This document shows positions 36,501 through 50,397 of a DNA stretch of 64,000 nucleotides, in pieces. Origin of the DNA: Geosiphon pyriformis uo1 (taxonomy: Eukaryota > Fungi > Glomeromycota); the NCBI GenBank assembly GCA_016748015.1, contig JAAOMT010000502.1, positions 558,001-622,000 of the forward strand, given 5' to 3'. The notes beneath the pieces were generated by a model. The model made no database searches and was not told the DNA's origin. It worked only from the letters and a program-made list of their open reading frames with translations. Both the position numbers and the translations under genes were made by a program. Each line of letters opens with the position of its first letter. Position 1 is the stretch's first letter.

Positions 36501-39500
36501 CAAACCAATGTCAAGCTGGAAATGGAAAGAGGACAAAGAAAAGAAAGAAAAAGAAACCACCCAAACCACCACCGTTTATAACACTTACACTATACCACAA
36601 CGATCTACCTATCATTGACCTAAGCTGATATGTGTCGATTGCGGGAAGAAATTGTCGTCAATAGGCACATGTTGTGAGAATGATGAGGAATATTCAACAG
36701 CAGCTAGGTTCTATTGCCACTCATGTGTCCTTGATTGCTTTAGAAGACCAAAACGAGTAAGGAAATGGAATAATCAGCCATGCTTAGCTTGTGGAAAGAC
36801 TCTCTTGGACGAAGAGATGTGGAATGACATCCCAGAACGTAGAGGAACATGCGACATATCGTGTCAATACACAATTCTAATAAGCGACTGGGTAAGGAAA
36901 AGAACCCCAATGGAAGCAGCCTGGCGAAGAGCCGTACAGCGACTGGACAGTTGTCCACATAATGATGACAAAATTTGGCGAATGGAACTTGCAAAAATTG
37001 AAGGGGCGATGCCAGAAGAGATAAAAATGATCAAAGACAACCCCCCAGTACTTTTAGAGCTTGACAGGGACGCAGAACCCATCATAAACCTCCTGGATCT
37101 GGAACAATTCCACGAATACTACCAAAAATTAGCACCCACAAGGGAAGAACAAGAACAATGGTTAGAGCAGTTGAACACTCGACTATGTCAACACTGCCTA
37201 ATTCCCTGTGACTTCCAGTATTGTAATGAGTGTGATCTCATTTACAATCCACCACCACGCATGATCTACATGATCCTGGAAGAAGAAAAACCAATCAGCA
37301 GCTGCGCATCAGAATCAGAATTGCCAATCAATCGCGATTCAAACTCTGACAATGATGACAATAACAACGGTTCAAGTTCCATTCAAAATGGCAATGATGA
37401 CGAAAATGATTCAGACTCAGATTCAAAACCTGATTTGAACTACAAACAATACATTGCACTATCAGATCTCTCCAAGAAACAAGAGTTGAAATGGTATAGT
37501 AACAATGGAAAAGGTATTATGCCAGAACGTGCGCATGATATGGATGCAGGGTTTGATCTAAGATATCCAAGAAAAGATGCCATCAAATTAGAACTGCATT
37601 TATGCACCTGCATTGATCTGAAAATAGCACTAGAGATTTCAGCAACAACAATGGTTCAATTAGCATCTAAGAGTAGCTTAGCAAAAAAAGGGATCAATAT
37701 AAGAGGAGGAATAATTGACGCGGGATATGTAAGAAATATTATCGCTATGCTACAAAATGATTCAGAAAAGACCTATATAATAGAGCCCAATGAAAAAATA
37801 GCACAGGCAATATTTCTGCCTCTGGTTAGAATAGCTCAGTTAGTATCAGTGAGAAAAAGGGAGGAATTAGGAATAACGGCAAGAGGAATACAGGGATTTG
37901 GATCTACAGATAGAATAGATGTACCAGTTAACATGGCAGAGGAAAAAACTGTTGGCCAAGAAGAAATTATCTCAACCGGTTAAGCTATTTCTATCCCATC
38001 ATATAGCCAGTACATGTTAGCAATAGAAAGAAAGGAAAAGGAGCAAGAATAGATTTTTGAAGCGGAAGCAACCCTTTATAAATCAGGAGAAATTGAGTTG
38101 ATCAATCTCCACATACCAGCCAAAAGCTATAGCAGCATAAAAATTCCCATCTACAACAACACTGGCAATGTCATCAACATACCAAAAGGAATCACCATCG
38201 GATATCTAACCACAGAAATAGAAGACCAACCACCAAACTCCATTCCAGACTTTCCACAACTTTGTGGATATGTTGACATCACATCACAAACAATCTATAG
38301 ACGAGATGAATGTTATTTGCTCCAACCAGAACAATTGAAACAAATGAACATGGAAAACTTAGATCCACTCCAATGTATGCAGCTCAAGATGTTACTCAAC
38401 AATTTCAACAACATCTTTGCTAGTGAAAATGAGTTTGGCCGAACTAACATCATCCAACATCAGATCAAGACTGGAAATGCAATGCCAATCAAACAAAGAG
38501 CATACAGAGTACCACCAGCCAGCCACGAGATTATTTGTTAAGAAATAAACAGAATGCTTGACAACAGACTAATTCAACCATCAATGAGTCCATGGTCATT
38601 ACCAGTGGTACTCATCCAAAAGAAAAATGGAAAAATCTGGTTTTGTGTAGACTACAAAAAACTTAATGGTGTAACTCGTGGAGACAGTTATCCAACTCCA
38701 CGAATACAGAAACTATTCGATGCTTTCGGTGGGAACAAATGGTTCTCCACATTAGATTTGGACAGTAGTTACTGGCAAGTAGCCATGAATTCAGCTGACA
38801 AAGAGAAGATGGCATTTACTACTAGAGAAAGAAATTTCGAATTTGAAGTGATGCCATTCGGCTTAACCAATACCCCAGCAACTTTCCAATGGCTAATGGA
38901 AATCATTTATACTGGCTTATTGTGGAAATTAGTAGTTGTATACTTGGACGACACCAATGTATTCTCAAAGACGTTTGATGATCATCTTCATCATCTTCAA
39001 CAAGTGTTTGAAAGACTAAAAAGAGCAGAATTAAAGTTAAATGTGACGAAGTGCTTCTTTGACAAGACAGAACTCAAATTCTTGGGACACATAGTCAGCA
39101 AAGATGACATCAAAATAGATCCAGAGAAAATAGAGATAGTAAAGAACTTTCCAGTACTGACCAATGTAACAGAACTGAAATCATTCTTGGGATTTGCCAG
39201 TTACTATCATCATTTTATCAAGAACTTTTCCAAGATAACGCAGCCACTCAATCAACTATAAAACAAAAATGCAAAATATAAATGGACAGAAAATCAACAA
39301 GAAGCTTTTGATATTCTAAGGAAAAAGCTCATCCAAGCTCCAGTTCTGATCTATTCAGATTACAGCAAACCATTCATCATCACCACTGATGCATCTGGCC
39401 AAGCATTGGGAGCAGTATTATCGCAGAGAGGACTGGACAGCAGAGAACATCCAGTAGCATATGCCAGCAGAGGTTTAACACCAGCCAAAAAGAACTATGG

Positions 39501-39744
39501 AACACCAGAACAAGAACACTTACCAATATACTGGGCCATCATAAAATGGAAAGAATACTTGAGCCAGAAGTTTGAAGTATACACTGATCACAAGAGATTA
39601 ACATCACTCCAAAAACAAGAATTTGGAGATAGAAGACAGTCAAGATGGAAAATGGCACTTGCACCATACAATTATACTATACATTACAAAAAGGGAAAAG
39701 ACAATGGAAATGCTGACAGTTTATCGCGAATAAGACAAATATAA
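33552..39744 (+). pseudogene. gag-PR-Cys-rich-dUTPase-RT-RNaseH polyprotein of B
   Basis: Single frame from 34522 to 39744 interrupted by stops; ILDSRS; dUTPase ~37518-37908 (AGFDL, IIDAGY, RGIQGFGST); YLDD; TDAS. Confidence 0.93.
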
Positions 39745-39807
39745 GAACATTTCAACCCAAAAATATAATAAAACCAGAACAATACCAACAAAAAATACAA
39801 CAAAAAG

Positions 39808-41047
39808 ATGAACATACAAAAATATCAACAATTGCAACATTATCTAAACACTTAACAGTTCAAGGAGAATTTATCTCATACAGAATGAAAGAGTATCAAA
39901 CAACAATCAAAATATTTTATCACTCACCAAAATATACTTTATTGGAAAAATAGAAGGGATCCAGATCAACCAATCAGAGTAATTACAGAGCCAGAAAAAG
40001 AGACAATATTATTTAACATGCATTCAAATCCAACAGCAGGACATTTTCACAAAGAAGCAACTATGGAGAGAACTAGAAAAAGATATTATTGGCCATCAAT
40101 ATACCCAGACATCATTCAATATGTTCAAAATTGTGATGTTTGTTAGCAAAGAGGAGAAACAAGACCCAGTGAACCATTAAGACCAATCAAAGTGGGACAA
40201 CCATTTGACCGTATGGGAATTAATTTAGTTGGACCATTAACAATCACCAGTAGAGGAAACAGATACATAGCAGTAGCTATGGACTATCTCATTAAATGGC
40301 CAGAGGTGAAAGCAATTCAAAGAGCAGATGCAGAATCTGTTGCCAAATTCATTTATTAGGATTTGATTTGTCGACATGGATGTCCAAAAGAATTATTATC
40401 AGACCAAGGAACTCATTTTGTGAACAGAACATTAACAGAATTAAGCCAAAAATTCGGAATCAAGAGACTATTATCATCACTATACTATCCACAAACCAAT
40501 GGATTAGTAAAAAGATTCAACAGAACATTGTGTAAAACAATAGCCAAGCTCAGCCAAAAAAACCAGAACGATTGGGATTTGTTCATATCATCAGTACTAT
40601 TTGCTTATCGAATAATGAAACAAGATACTACACAAGCAACGCCATTCGAATTAGTATATAGGAGAATAGCAACGTTACCAGTAGAGAGAGAAATTAATAC
40701 ATATCCAGCTGAACCAATAACAGAGAAAAATTTTCAAGATCGGAGACAAAGTATTACTACATTGTACTAAAGCGGAAAAACAATGGAGCAGAAAATTTGG
40801 ACCCAAATGGGATGGACCATTTTACATAGAAGAAATTCTAGGAAATAGAGCTTACAAATTAAAATTGAATAACAAAATTTTAACCAAAGCAGCACATGGA
40901 GATCAACTGAAACCATATCACAACATCACACTACCATCTACCAGTAATATTTCACAATTAGGAGTACAGAGAATACTAATCCAACCAGATGAGATTCCAC
41001 AAGATCAGGAACCAATCATTATTATTGACAACAACACGTTAAATTGA
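39808..41047 (+). pseudogene. Stand-alone integrase ORF of B (internal deletion at ~40740)
   Basis: Own ATG after the RNase H stop; HHCC and DDE-region motifs. Confidence 0.9.
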
Positions 41048-41426
41048 TCCATCAAAAGAATATATAAAGACATAGTAGACGCGACAGAAAATATCAAAAA
41101 AATAGAAATTAAAGACAATATTCACTCACTAGCACAACAACTCTTTCAATTAATCCAACACCAGGAAATGGAGATTACAATTAATTAACAAACCATTCGA
41201 TATCAAGATACTAGAAAGACATTTCAACTCAGAACACAGAAGAAAACTGAAAATAATGTGGACAAAATCATGGCAAAAGTAAAATTAGCAATAAAAGAAT
41301 TAACAAAAGAGTCACTATATCAAAAGTTGACTAAAGAAACTTGGAATTGGTGAATACAACAATTTCCACGAAACTATTGTTATTTTTACTTGGGACAACA
41401 CATAAATATCCAGAATCTATATATGG

Positions 41427-42420
41427 TGTTATCAGACAAAATTAGAGATATCATTGAGCATAAAACTATCTTATAATTCCTATCATTAATTAGCATATAT
41501 TATCATTTCAAATTATCACTTATTACATTAGCAAAAATGTCCGAAATTATCATTTAATTAATAACCCAAATTGTACACAACACAAATATAACCTAATTGC
41601 AATGATCAATCATGTAATACCCCGAACTATGTAACATTCAAAAGTTTGCCGAAATTTATAGAAATTTGCCGAAATAATTGATAGTTCACCAAAATATCTA
41701 ATAGTTTGCAGAAATAACTTGTAGTTTGCTGAAATGTATCTTTAGTTCAGCAAAATTGTAGAAAATAGCAAAGTTCAAGTTCATAGAATAGTGTTACGAC
41801 AAATTGTATAAAAAGAAGAGCTTCTCTCTTTGAGAAAATGTATCTTACTTTAGATTTATCACTTAGAACCATTCCTATACACACAAAAAGAAATAAATAT
41901 CAAATAATTCAAAAAACCAAATTCTTTAAATTATTGCACTTAGAAAATCCTTAAAAACACAACTAACAGTTTGAATTAATTAGCTACCAATTTCAGTAGA
42001 CTGTTAAAACACTTCCAGGCCTGGATCCAAAACAACTTTAACAAATCAATTCCTCATTTCTTCTTTTTCTTTTCTTTTCTTTTATTTTCTTTTCTTTTAT
42101 TATCATAATCATTAGGGTAGCTTACAGATGAGATTTCTGTAGAAGAGTTGATTTTCACAACAAAGTAACTATACATTTTAGTGAGCTTCCAGATAAGCAA
42201 TTCCTGGGAAAGAGTTGACGTTTACTACAATGTAACTACATAAAGTAACTGGCATGGAATTGGCCATTCCATTTATAAGCCCAGCAGCTCAAATTATAGG
42301 AGATAATTTGAAGATAAATTCAGTTACTGGAGGTTCAACCACATCCAGAAAACATAAATTCACAGCAAACAAGCATCGACAACATTTAAGAAAAGAGACC
42401 AAAAAAAACCTCCGGTAACA
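41427..42420 (+). repeat. 5' LTR of F
   Basis: Its last 453 bp repeat at 50398-50850; ~22-bp agtttgccgaaat array followed by TATAAAAAG. Confidence 0.92.
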
Positions 42421-42465
42421 TTTGGTGCTCTCCCATAGAAATAACACAGCAACAACAAATTCAAA

Positions 42466-45400
42466 GTGGCAACTGCCTCAGACATCACAACCTTAGAGTA
42501 CTATCAATCGATTTACACACACTGCAAACAACAATTTGAAATACACAATGGAATCATAGCTTTTAAGAAAACACTTTTTCAATACATTGAAAATCGAATC
42601 AACAACTACCTCTTTGGAAACTATAACATTACAACAGTTAAAAAAAATCTTTTTGAGAACATACTACACTATTCCAACACTGAATCAGAAAACATTAGTG
42701 CTGAAGCTTGCACTACTTATTTTGAAGAACTTGATTATAATATCATTCGATTCTGTGAAGAAAAATATCCTGCAAACGCACAATTTGTCTTTGAACTCGA
42801 ATCTGAACCTGAAACCAGTAGCAACAAAAGACAAAGAGATAACCAACCTGTTCACACAATACCCAATACTCCCAAAATATCATTCAAACATTTACAAACA
42901 CCTGAACAAGGAACCAGTTCAAAACTTCCACTTACTATCACACCTTTTCCAGCTTCACTTGCACAAGCACAAACACCTAATTCACTCTTAAATCGATTTG
43001 CAAGACCAGAAGATTTTACATCACTCAGAAGTCCCACCAGACAACAAGAACTCCTTCAAACTAGTTCCAATCTCCTTGATTTTCTAGCTGAAAATCAAAG
43101 TGAACACTCTGAGACAACAGCAAATAAAGAAAACAACTCTGAAATAACTGAAGAAGAATCAATAAATAGTGAAAAAGAAGAAGACAAAATGACAACATAC
43201 ATTACAAAAATTTCTGAATTCAATGGAGAAGATATTGAGACCAGTCCCCAAGAATGGCTTGACCAAGTTACTAAAGCTGGAGATGCAAATGGATGGAATG
43301 CTGCCAGAATGTTAAGAACAATTCCCTACTTTCTCAAAGGAACAGCAGGAGAATGGTTTGAAAACTTGGCAGCCCCATTCAATAATTGGAATGCTTTCAA
43401 AGCAGCCTTTCTTGAACAGTTCACTGACAATAACACCTCTATTACTCTTTGTAATTGTTTTCGAAATATCAAACAAGAACTCTCCGAATCCATTATGACT
43501 TATATTGAGAAATTCAACAAACTTCTCAGACAAATTCGCCAACTCGAAACAAACAATTATTATTCTGATGCTCAAATTTTGGATCAATTTATCACTGGTC
43601 TAAAAGATAAACTAATTAAAAAGGTTTGCCCACATGTGTCAGAAGATTTAAACTCTGCCATACAGTATGCAAAAAGATACAAAATGGCCATGGAAGAGGC
43701 CAACTGCACAAAACTTGTAAATTTGGCAATTGGAGAAACCAGCTTAGCAGCCAAGAAAAAAATTGACCAATTCACAAAGAAGGTTGAAAACTATTTCACC
43801 AATCAACAACAACAGCAACTCCAAAGATATCAACCACCCCAAAGACAAAATCAAAATAACTTTGCACCACTTTCCAATAACCAGTCTCAGAATTGCCATT
43901 ACTGTGGAATCTCTGGCCACTGGAAAAGAGATTGCAGAAAGCTACAACAAGACCAACAAAATAGGAGTAATCAACGTTATCCTCCACTACAACAATCTTA
44001 TTATCAACCACCACCATTAGCTTACTATCTACCAAGACCCCAATACCAAAATAACTATCATCAGCCTGTCCCACAGCCAATCCCACAGCAATACCAACAA
44101 CTGCTCACACAACATTATCAAGTACCTGCTCGAAGACTGCTTACACAAAATCAATTTACACCACAAAACCAATACCAAGCAAACAACAATAGAATCAGTT
44201 CGAACAACCAATTGGTTCTCTGAAATACCACTCAACCAAGACCCAACCACTACCACACTCAACCCAGTTATTTAACAATGCTGGAAGAACAGGATTTTCA
44301 CCATACTGCACTCTTAGAAGGTAGAGCTGCAGCACAACAACAAAACCCTTCCTATACTCCCACCACAATTCCACCAGCCAGAATCACTGAAAACGCTAAC
44401 CTTTCAGATATATTCCCTTTTGAGTTCGAAGCAAATGAGTTACTATTTCTGCTTAGCAATGCAGCCACCAATGAACAAAAAGCAATCACAGTCATGTACA
44501 CTGAAGCCGAAGTCGAAGGAAAGACAATTCACTTGATCCTAGACAGTGGATCCACCGAAAGCATTATCATCTACCAGTTAATACAACAGTTGAAAAGAAA
44601 TGTCGACCGACCAGCTCAAACAGTAATCGTCACTGCTGATGGCATGAAAAAGACCCCAGTAGGAGAAATTGACAATTTTCCGTTCACTTTTGATGGAATC
44701 ACCATTTCAGTCAAAGTTCTTGTAATAGATGCACCCCAATACCAAGCTCTTATCAGAAATAATTGGCTTCAAAAAGCCAATGCTAATCTGAATTGGGAAA
44801 CACAAGAGTTAACAATCTCCTACCAAGAACAACATGCCCGAGTACCTGCCATTTGTGGTACATTCAACAAATGCTCTGAAAAAGCCCCAGCTTTTGAATT
44901 CGAACCAGAAGAAAAAAAACCCCTCATTGAAACATTCATGGCTCTTGGATCAACGTCCAACTGGGCCAATGAAACAGAACAAGAACATTTTACCCCACAC
45001 TCTGAACCCAAAATCTCTGGATGGAATATCCCTTACTTAAAATCTGAACCAAAGAAACAATGCCTCTATATTCCCCTTAAATGTAAGGACTGTCACAAGA
45101 AACTATTGTCAATGAGAGCCTGCATTTCACCCGAAGAAGAATATGAAAATTATACTTGTTAGTACTGCAAGGCTTACCACAAAAAATGATGGGGCCATCT
45201 AATAAAAAGAAGCGGAAAATAGAACAACACCCCTTGTTTGACTTGTGGAGATATGCTACCGGAAGAATGTAATTGGATTGATGTAGTCATGAGAGGAGGA
45301 GTCTGCAATCAGACCTGCCAATATGTTTTATCAATTTCAGAAAAAGTAAAAAGAGAAACACTCTTTAATGCAGCATACAACAGTGCTCTCAACAAACTTT

Positions 45401-48075
45401 ATCACTACCTCCATAATGCCGAAATGATTTTCGACCTAGCAATGGCATTAATTAATAGAGCTACCAAAGAAGATGTTCGCCAAATGAAGAAAGCAGAATA
45501 CATTGAATACACCATGGAATTAGCTGGATTCAATTATGAAGACAAAGTAGAAGTCTACCACCAAATCGCAAGTCACACCTACTCAATCCAAGAAGCTCAA
45601 ATTCAACAATTAGAGCAAATGAACGTTAGGCTATGTGAAGAATGTATTATGCCTTGTGATGAACAGTAGTGTCCTGAATGCTACGCTCTTAGCATTCCCT
45701 TGCCCAGCAAAAATAATGAATACAAAATTAAATTCAAAGAACTTGAAGCGACAGAAGAAATTGAGACAACACCCATCTATTTCATCGAAAATCAGCCTGC
45801 TTTACAACTCAAATATTTCAACAACAATGGACAAGAAATAAAACCAGAAAAAGCCCACGAGATTGATGCTGGATATAATCTAAGATATCTAGGAAAAGAT
45901 ACTCTTACTCTCAAACCCAAATCTCTCACAAAAATCAATTTCAAAATTGCCCTCGAAATTCCACCAGGAGCAATGGTTCAAATTGCTTCTCAATCATCCT
46001 TGGCAAGCAAAGGAATCAATGTTAAAGGAGGAATCATTGATGCTGGATACACAGGAGACATCACAGTTATGTTACAAAATAAAACTGATAAACTTTTCAA
46101 AATTAGATATGCTGAAAAAATTGCTCAAGCTATCTATCTACCCTTAATCAACATTTCGGGTTTACAATTAGTTAATCAAAAAGAACAGTTGGGAAAAAGC
46201 GAAAGAGAAACACAAGGTTTTGGTTCAACTGGACGTTTTACAGTTCTAGTAAACATAGCTCTCAATGAACAAAAAGAATCTCACCAGATTTTACAACTTC
46301 CACAACCAATTACCATTTCACTCTTTGGAAAACACTCTGAAATTTACATTTGTGAAAAGCCAACAACCACACAACAAATTTTTGAATCAAACAAACAAAT
46401 CTGCTTGAAACATAATATCTCGATCCCAAACATTTATATTCCAGAAGGAACAAAGAAAGTCCGAGTTACTTTTTACAATCCCAACAATTATCTCATAGTT
46501 TTATTAAATAACTTAGAAATTGGAATCATTCACAGTAACATATTTCAACAAGAATTACCCCAAACAGTCCCCAATTTTTCTGAAATTATTGGACATTCAC
46601 TACCAAAAATTAATCCAAACCCCAGCTCCGAAAACTACCATGTTGTCATGGAAAAACTATCTCGAATCAACATGGGACAACTTGAACCACAACAACAGAC
46701 CCAGCTCAAAGAACTAATTACAAAATTTGCTGATATCTTTGCTGAAAACAACAATGACTTAGGAAGAACCAATCTGGTCCAACACCAAATTTATACAGGA
46801 GATGCCAAACTAAGAAGACAACAAGCATATCGAGTTACTCCAAAAAGCCACCAATTTATCCGAAAAGAAGTACAACAGATGCTTAACAATAGGCTTATCC
46901 AACCATCAATGAGTTCATGGGCCTCACCAGTGGTCCTAGTTAAAAAGAAGAATGGAAAGATATGATTTTGTGTTGATTATTGACAATTCAACAGTGTCAC
47001 TATTGGGAATGCTTATCCTCTTCCACAAATTGATGACATATTAGATGCCCTTGAAAAATCTAAATACTTTTCAACATTAGACCTAAAAAGCGGATACTGG
47101 CAAGTTGCCATGGATCCCAAGGACCACCCCAAAACAGCATTCACAACACAAAAAGGAAACTACGAATTCAATGTAATGCCCTTTGGATTATGCAATGTGC
47201 CAGCAATATTCCAAAGACTTATAGATGTTGTATATGCTGGACTCCTTTGGAAATCAGTAGTTGTCTATCTTGATGACACTGATGTTTATTCTTCATCTTT
47301 TGGACTTCATTTAATTCATCTGCGAGAAGTTTTTCAACGATTACGTAGAGCAGAATTAAAACTAAACATTGAAAAATGCCATTTTGGAAAAACAAGTTTG
47401 GTCTTTCTTGGTCACATAGTTAGTGAAGAAGGAGTCAAACCAGATCCAAAAAAAATCAGTGCTGTTAAGAACTTCAAAGTTTCACGAAATACTACAGAAC
47501 TAAGAGGATTCATAGGATTAGCATCCTACTATTGAAAGTTTATCAAAGGATTCTCAGAAATTACAAAACCCCTCAACCAGCTCACCACCAAAAACGTGGA
47601 ATACAAATGGACTACCGAACACCAAAAAGCTTTTGAAATTCTTAAGGAAAAACTGACAACAGCCCCAATCCTCACTTACCTGGATTTCAGCAACCAATTT
47701 CGACTAGCTACAGATGCTTCATATACTGCCTTTAGTGCCATCTTATCACAACTAGATGACAATGGAAATGAGCGAGTAATTGCTTATGCTAGCAGAATAT
47801 TAAAACCAGCTGAGAAAAACTACCCTGCCACAGAACTAGAAACAGCAGCCGTAATTTGGGCCCTACACCACTTCAACCTTTATCTCAGGCCTAAAAAATT
47901 CGATATTATCACTGATAATATTGGACTCAAATGACTTCAGAACAAAAATACTCAGCTGAATGCAAAACAAACCTGATGGACAGGATTTCTAGCAAATTAT
48001 CGATATATAGTACATCACAAACCAGGAAAACTCCACACCAATATTGACTGTCTCTCCAGAATGAGACAAAATTAG
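42466..48075 (+). pseudogene. Single-frame gag-PR-Cys-rich-dUTPase-RT-RNaseH of F
   Basis: All ORF-track pieces share one frame; CHYCGISGHWKRDC, ILDSGS, dUTPase ~45840-46230 (AGYNL, IIDAGYTG, QGFGSTG), YLDD, TDAS. Confidence 0.93.
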
Positions 48076-48124
48076 AAAACAAAAACCAACACTCAACTTA
48101 ACCAACCAAAAGAGCCAACAAACA

Positions 48125-49489
48125 ATGAATTCAGAAAACTACAACAATCTCAAACAATATTTGGAAACATTAACAATCCCAACAGATTGATCTCCAGATA
48201 AAAAACATCAACTACAACAACAAGCCAAACAATATTTTCTACACAACAACATTATTTATCATCGAAATTTCAAAAACCCAGACAAACCACTCAGACTAAT
48301 ACAAGAACAGGAAAAAGAGACCATATTATACAACATGCACTCAGATCCTTCATCAGCACACTTTGGAAAAGATAGCACCACTCAAAGAACACTAGAATAC
48401 TACTTTTGGTCTTGAATGAGGAAAGACATTCACAAATATGTCGAATTTTGTGATAGTTGTTAAAGAAAAAGAGAAACATGCCCTACTGAACCATTAAATC
48501 CAATCAAAGTTGGACAACTCTTTGATTGAGTTGGTATCGATTTAGTCAGATCATTATCTATTACCACTCAAAAAAACCGTTATATTGTAGTAGCTGTAGA
48601 CTATCTTACTAAATGGCCCGAAGCCAGAGCCATTCAATGAGCAGATGCAAAATCAGTAGCAAATTTCATCTACAAAGACATTATTTGTAGACACGGATGT
48701 CTGATTGAACTTTTATCTGACCAGAGTACACATTTTGTGAACAATCTAATACAAAAAATTTGCGAACGATTCAATGTCAAAAGACCTCTGTCTTCGCTCT
48801 ACCATCCACAAACAAATGGACTTGTGGAACGTTTTAACAGAACATTGTGTGAGTCATTAGCCAAAGTCTCAACCAATTTTGAGCAAAAATGGGATATCTT
48901 TATTCCATCAGTGTTACTAGCATATAGAACACTAAAACAAGATACCACAAAACACACACCATTTGATTTAACTTACAGAAGGACAGCAATGCTACCAATT
49001 AAGTTTACAGTGGAAACATACCCAGCACAACCAATCAATAAAAACAATTTTCAGGAAACACTTCAACGAAAAGCCTACACTCTGCTTAGCACGTTGGAAA
49101 GAAAACAACGAATAGCAGCCACCCATATTGAAAACTCCCAAGCTCGACAAAAAGAACGGCATGATGACAAATTGTCTCCAGTTACCAATAAATTTAAAAT
49201 CGGAAACAAAGTTCTCTTACACAGAACTAAAGCTGAAAAACAATGGAGTGGAAAATTTGAAAATAAATGGGATGGACTATTCTTTATCCATGAAGTTTTA
49301 GGCAACAGATCATACAAGCTAAGACTTGATGATAAAATTCTAGCAAAAGTTGCACATGGAGATTGTTTGAAACACTATAATTCCAGAAACAATTCTGAAC
49401 CATTAATTCTACAAATTGGTACACATTTCTCTTTAATCAATCCCGAAAACATTCCCCAAAATTTAGAACCAATAGTTGTCATTAAATAG
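48125..49489 (+). pseudogene. Stand-alone integrase ORF of F
   Basis: ATG 49 nt after the RNase H TAG, in a different frame; integrase motifs present. Confidence 0.9.
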
Positions 49490-49780
49490 CCTCCCAACTT
49501 GAACACTTAATTTAAATTAATTATTATAGTTATCTTCTTATAATTTAGAAACAATCTCACAAAAACAAAACAAAAATAACATAAAAACCCATGCACCAAA
49601 AATAATTTTCTTTTATTTCAAATTGCTTATAATGACTATTCCTTAAAACATTCAACAATTATCCCAAAAACTAATGTTAGCTTTAAAAACAATACCTGAA
49701 TTATCCATTACTGTTACTGGAAACCACATTAATTATACCCAAACAGAAGTAGTTACAAATTTAGCCCTAAATTCACAAAA

Positions 49781-50397
49781 NNNNNNNNNNNNNNNNNNNN
49801 NNNNNNNNNNNNNNNNNNNNNNNNNNNNNNNNNNNNNNNNNNNNNNNNNNNNNNNNNNNNNNNNNNNNNNNNNNNNNNNNNNNNNNNNNNNNNNNNNNNN
49901 NNNNNNNNNNNNNNNNNNNNNNNNNNNNNNNNNNNNNNNNNNNNNNNNNNNNNNNNNNNNNNNNNNNNNNNNNNNNNNNNNNNNNNNNNNNNNNNNNNNN
50001 NNNNNNNNNNNNNNNNNNNNNNNNNNNNNNNNNNNNNNNNNNNNNNNNNNNNNNNNNNNNNNNNNNNNNNNNNNNNNNNNNNNNNNNNNNNNNNNNNNNN
50101 NNNNNNNNNNNNNNNNNNNNNNNNNNNNNNNNNNNNNNNNNNNNNNNNNNNNNNNNNNNNNNNNNNNNNNNNNNNNNNNNNNNNNNNNNNNNNNNNNNNN
50201 NNNNNNNNNNNNNNNNNNNNNNNNNNNNNNNNNNNNNNNNNNNNNNNNNNNNNNNNNNNNNNNNNNNNNNNNNNNNNNNNNNNNNNNNNNNNNNNNNNNN
50301 NNNNNNNNNNNNNNNNNNNNNNNNNNNNNNNNNNNNNNNNNNNNNNNNNNNNNNNNNNNNNNNNNNNNNNNNNNNNNNNNNNNNNNNNNNNNNNNNN
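49781..50397. other. Assembly gap hiding the end of F ORF3, the PPT and the start of the 3' LTR
   Basis: Run of N. Confidence 1.
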
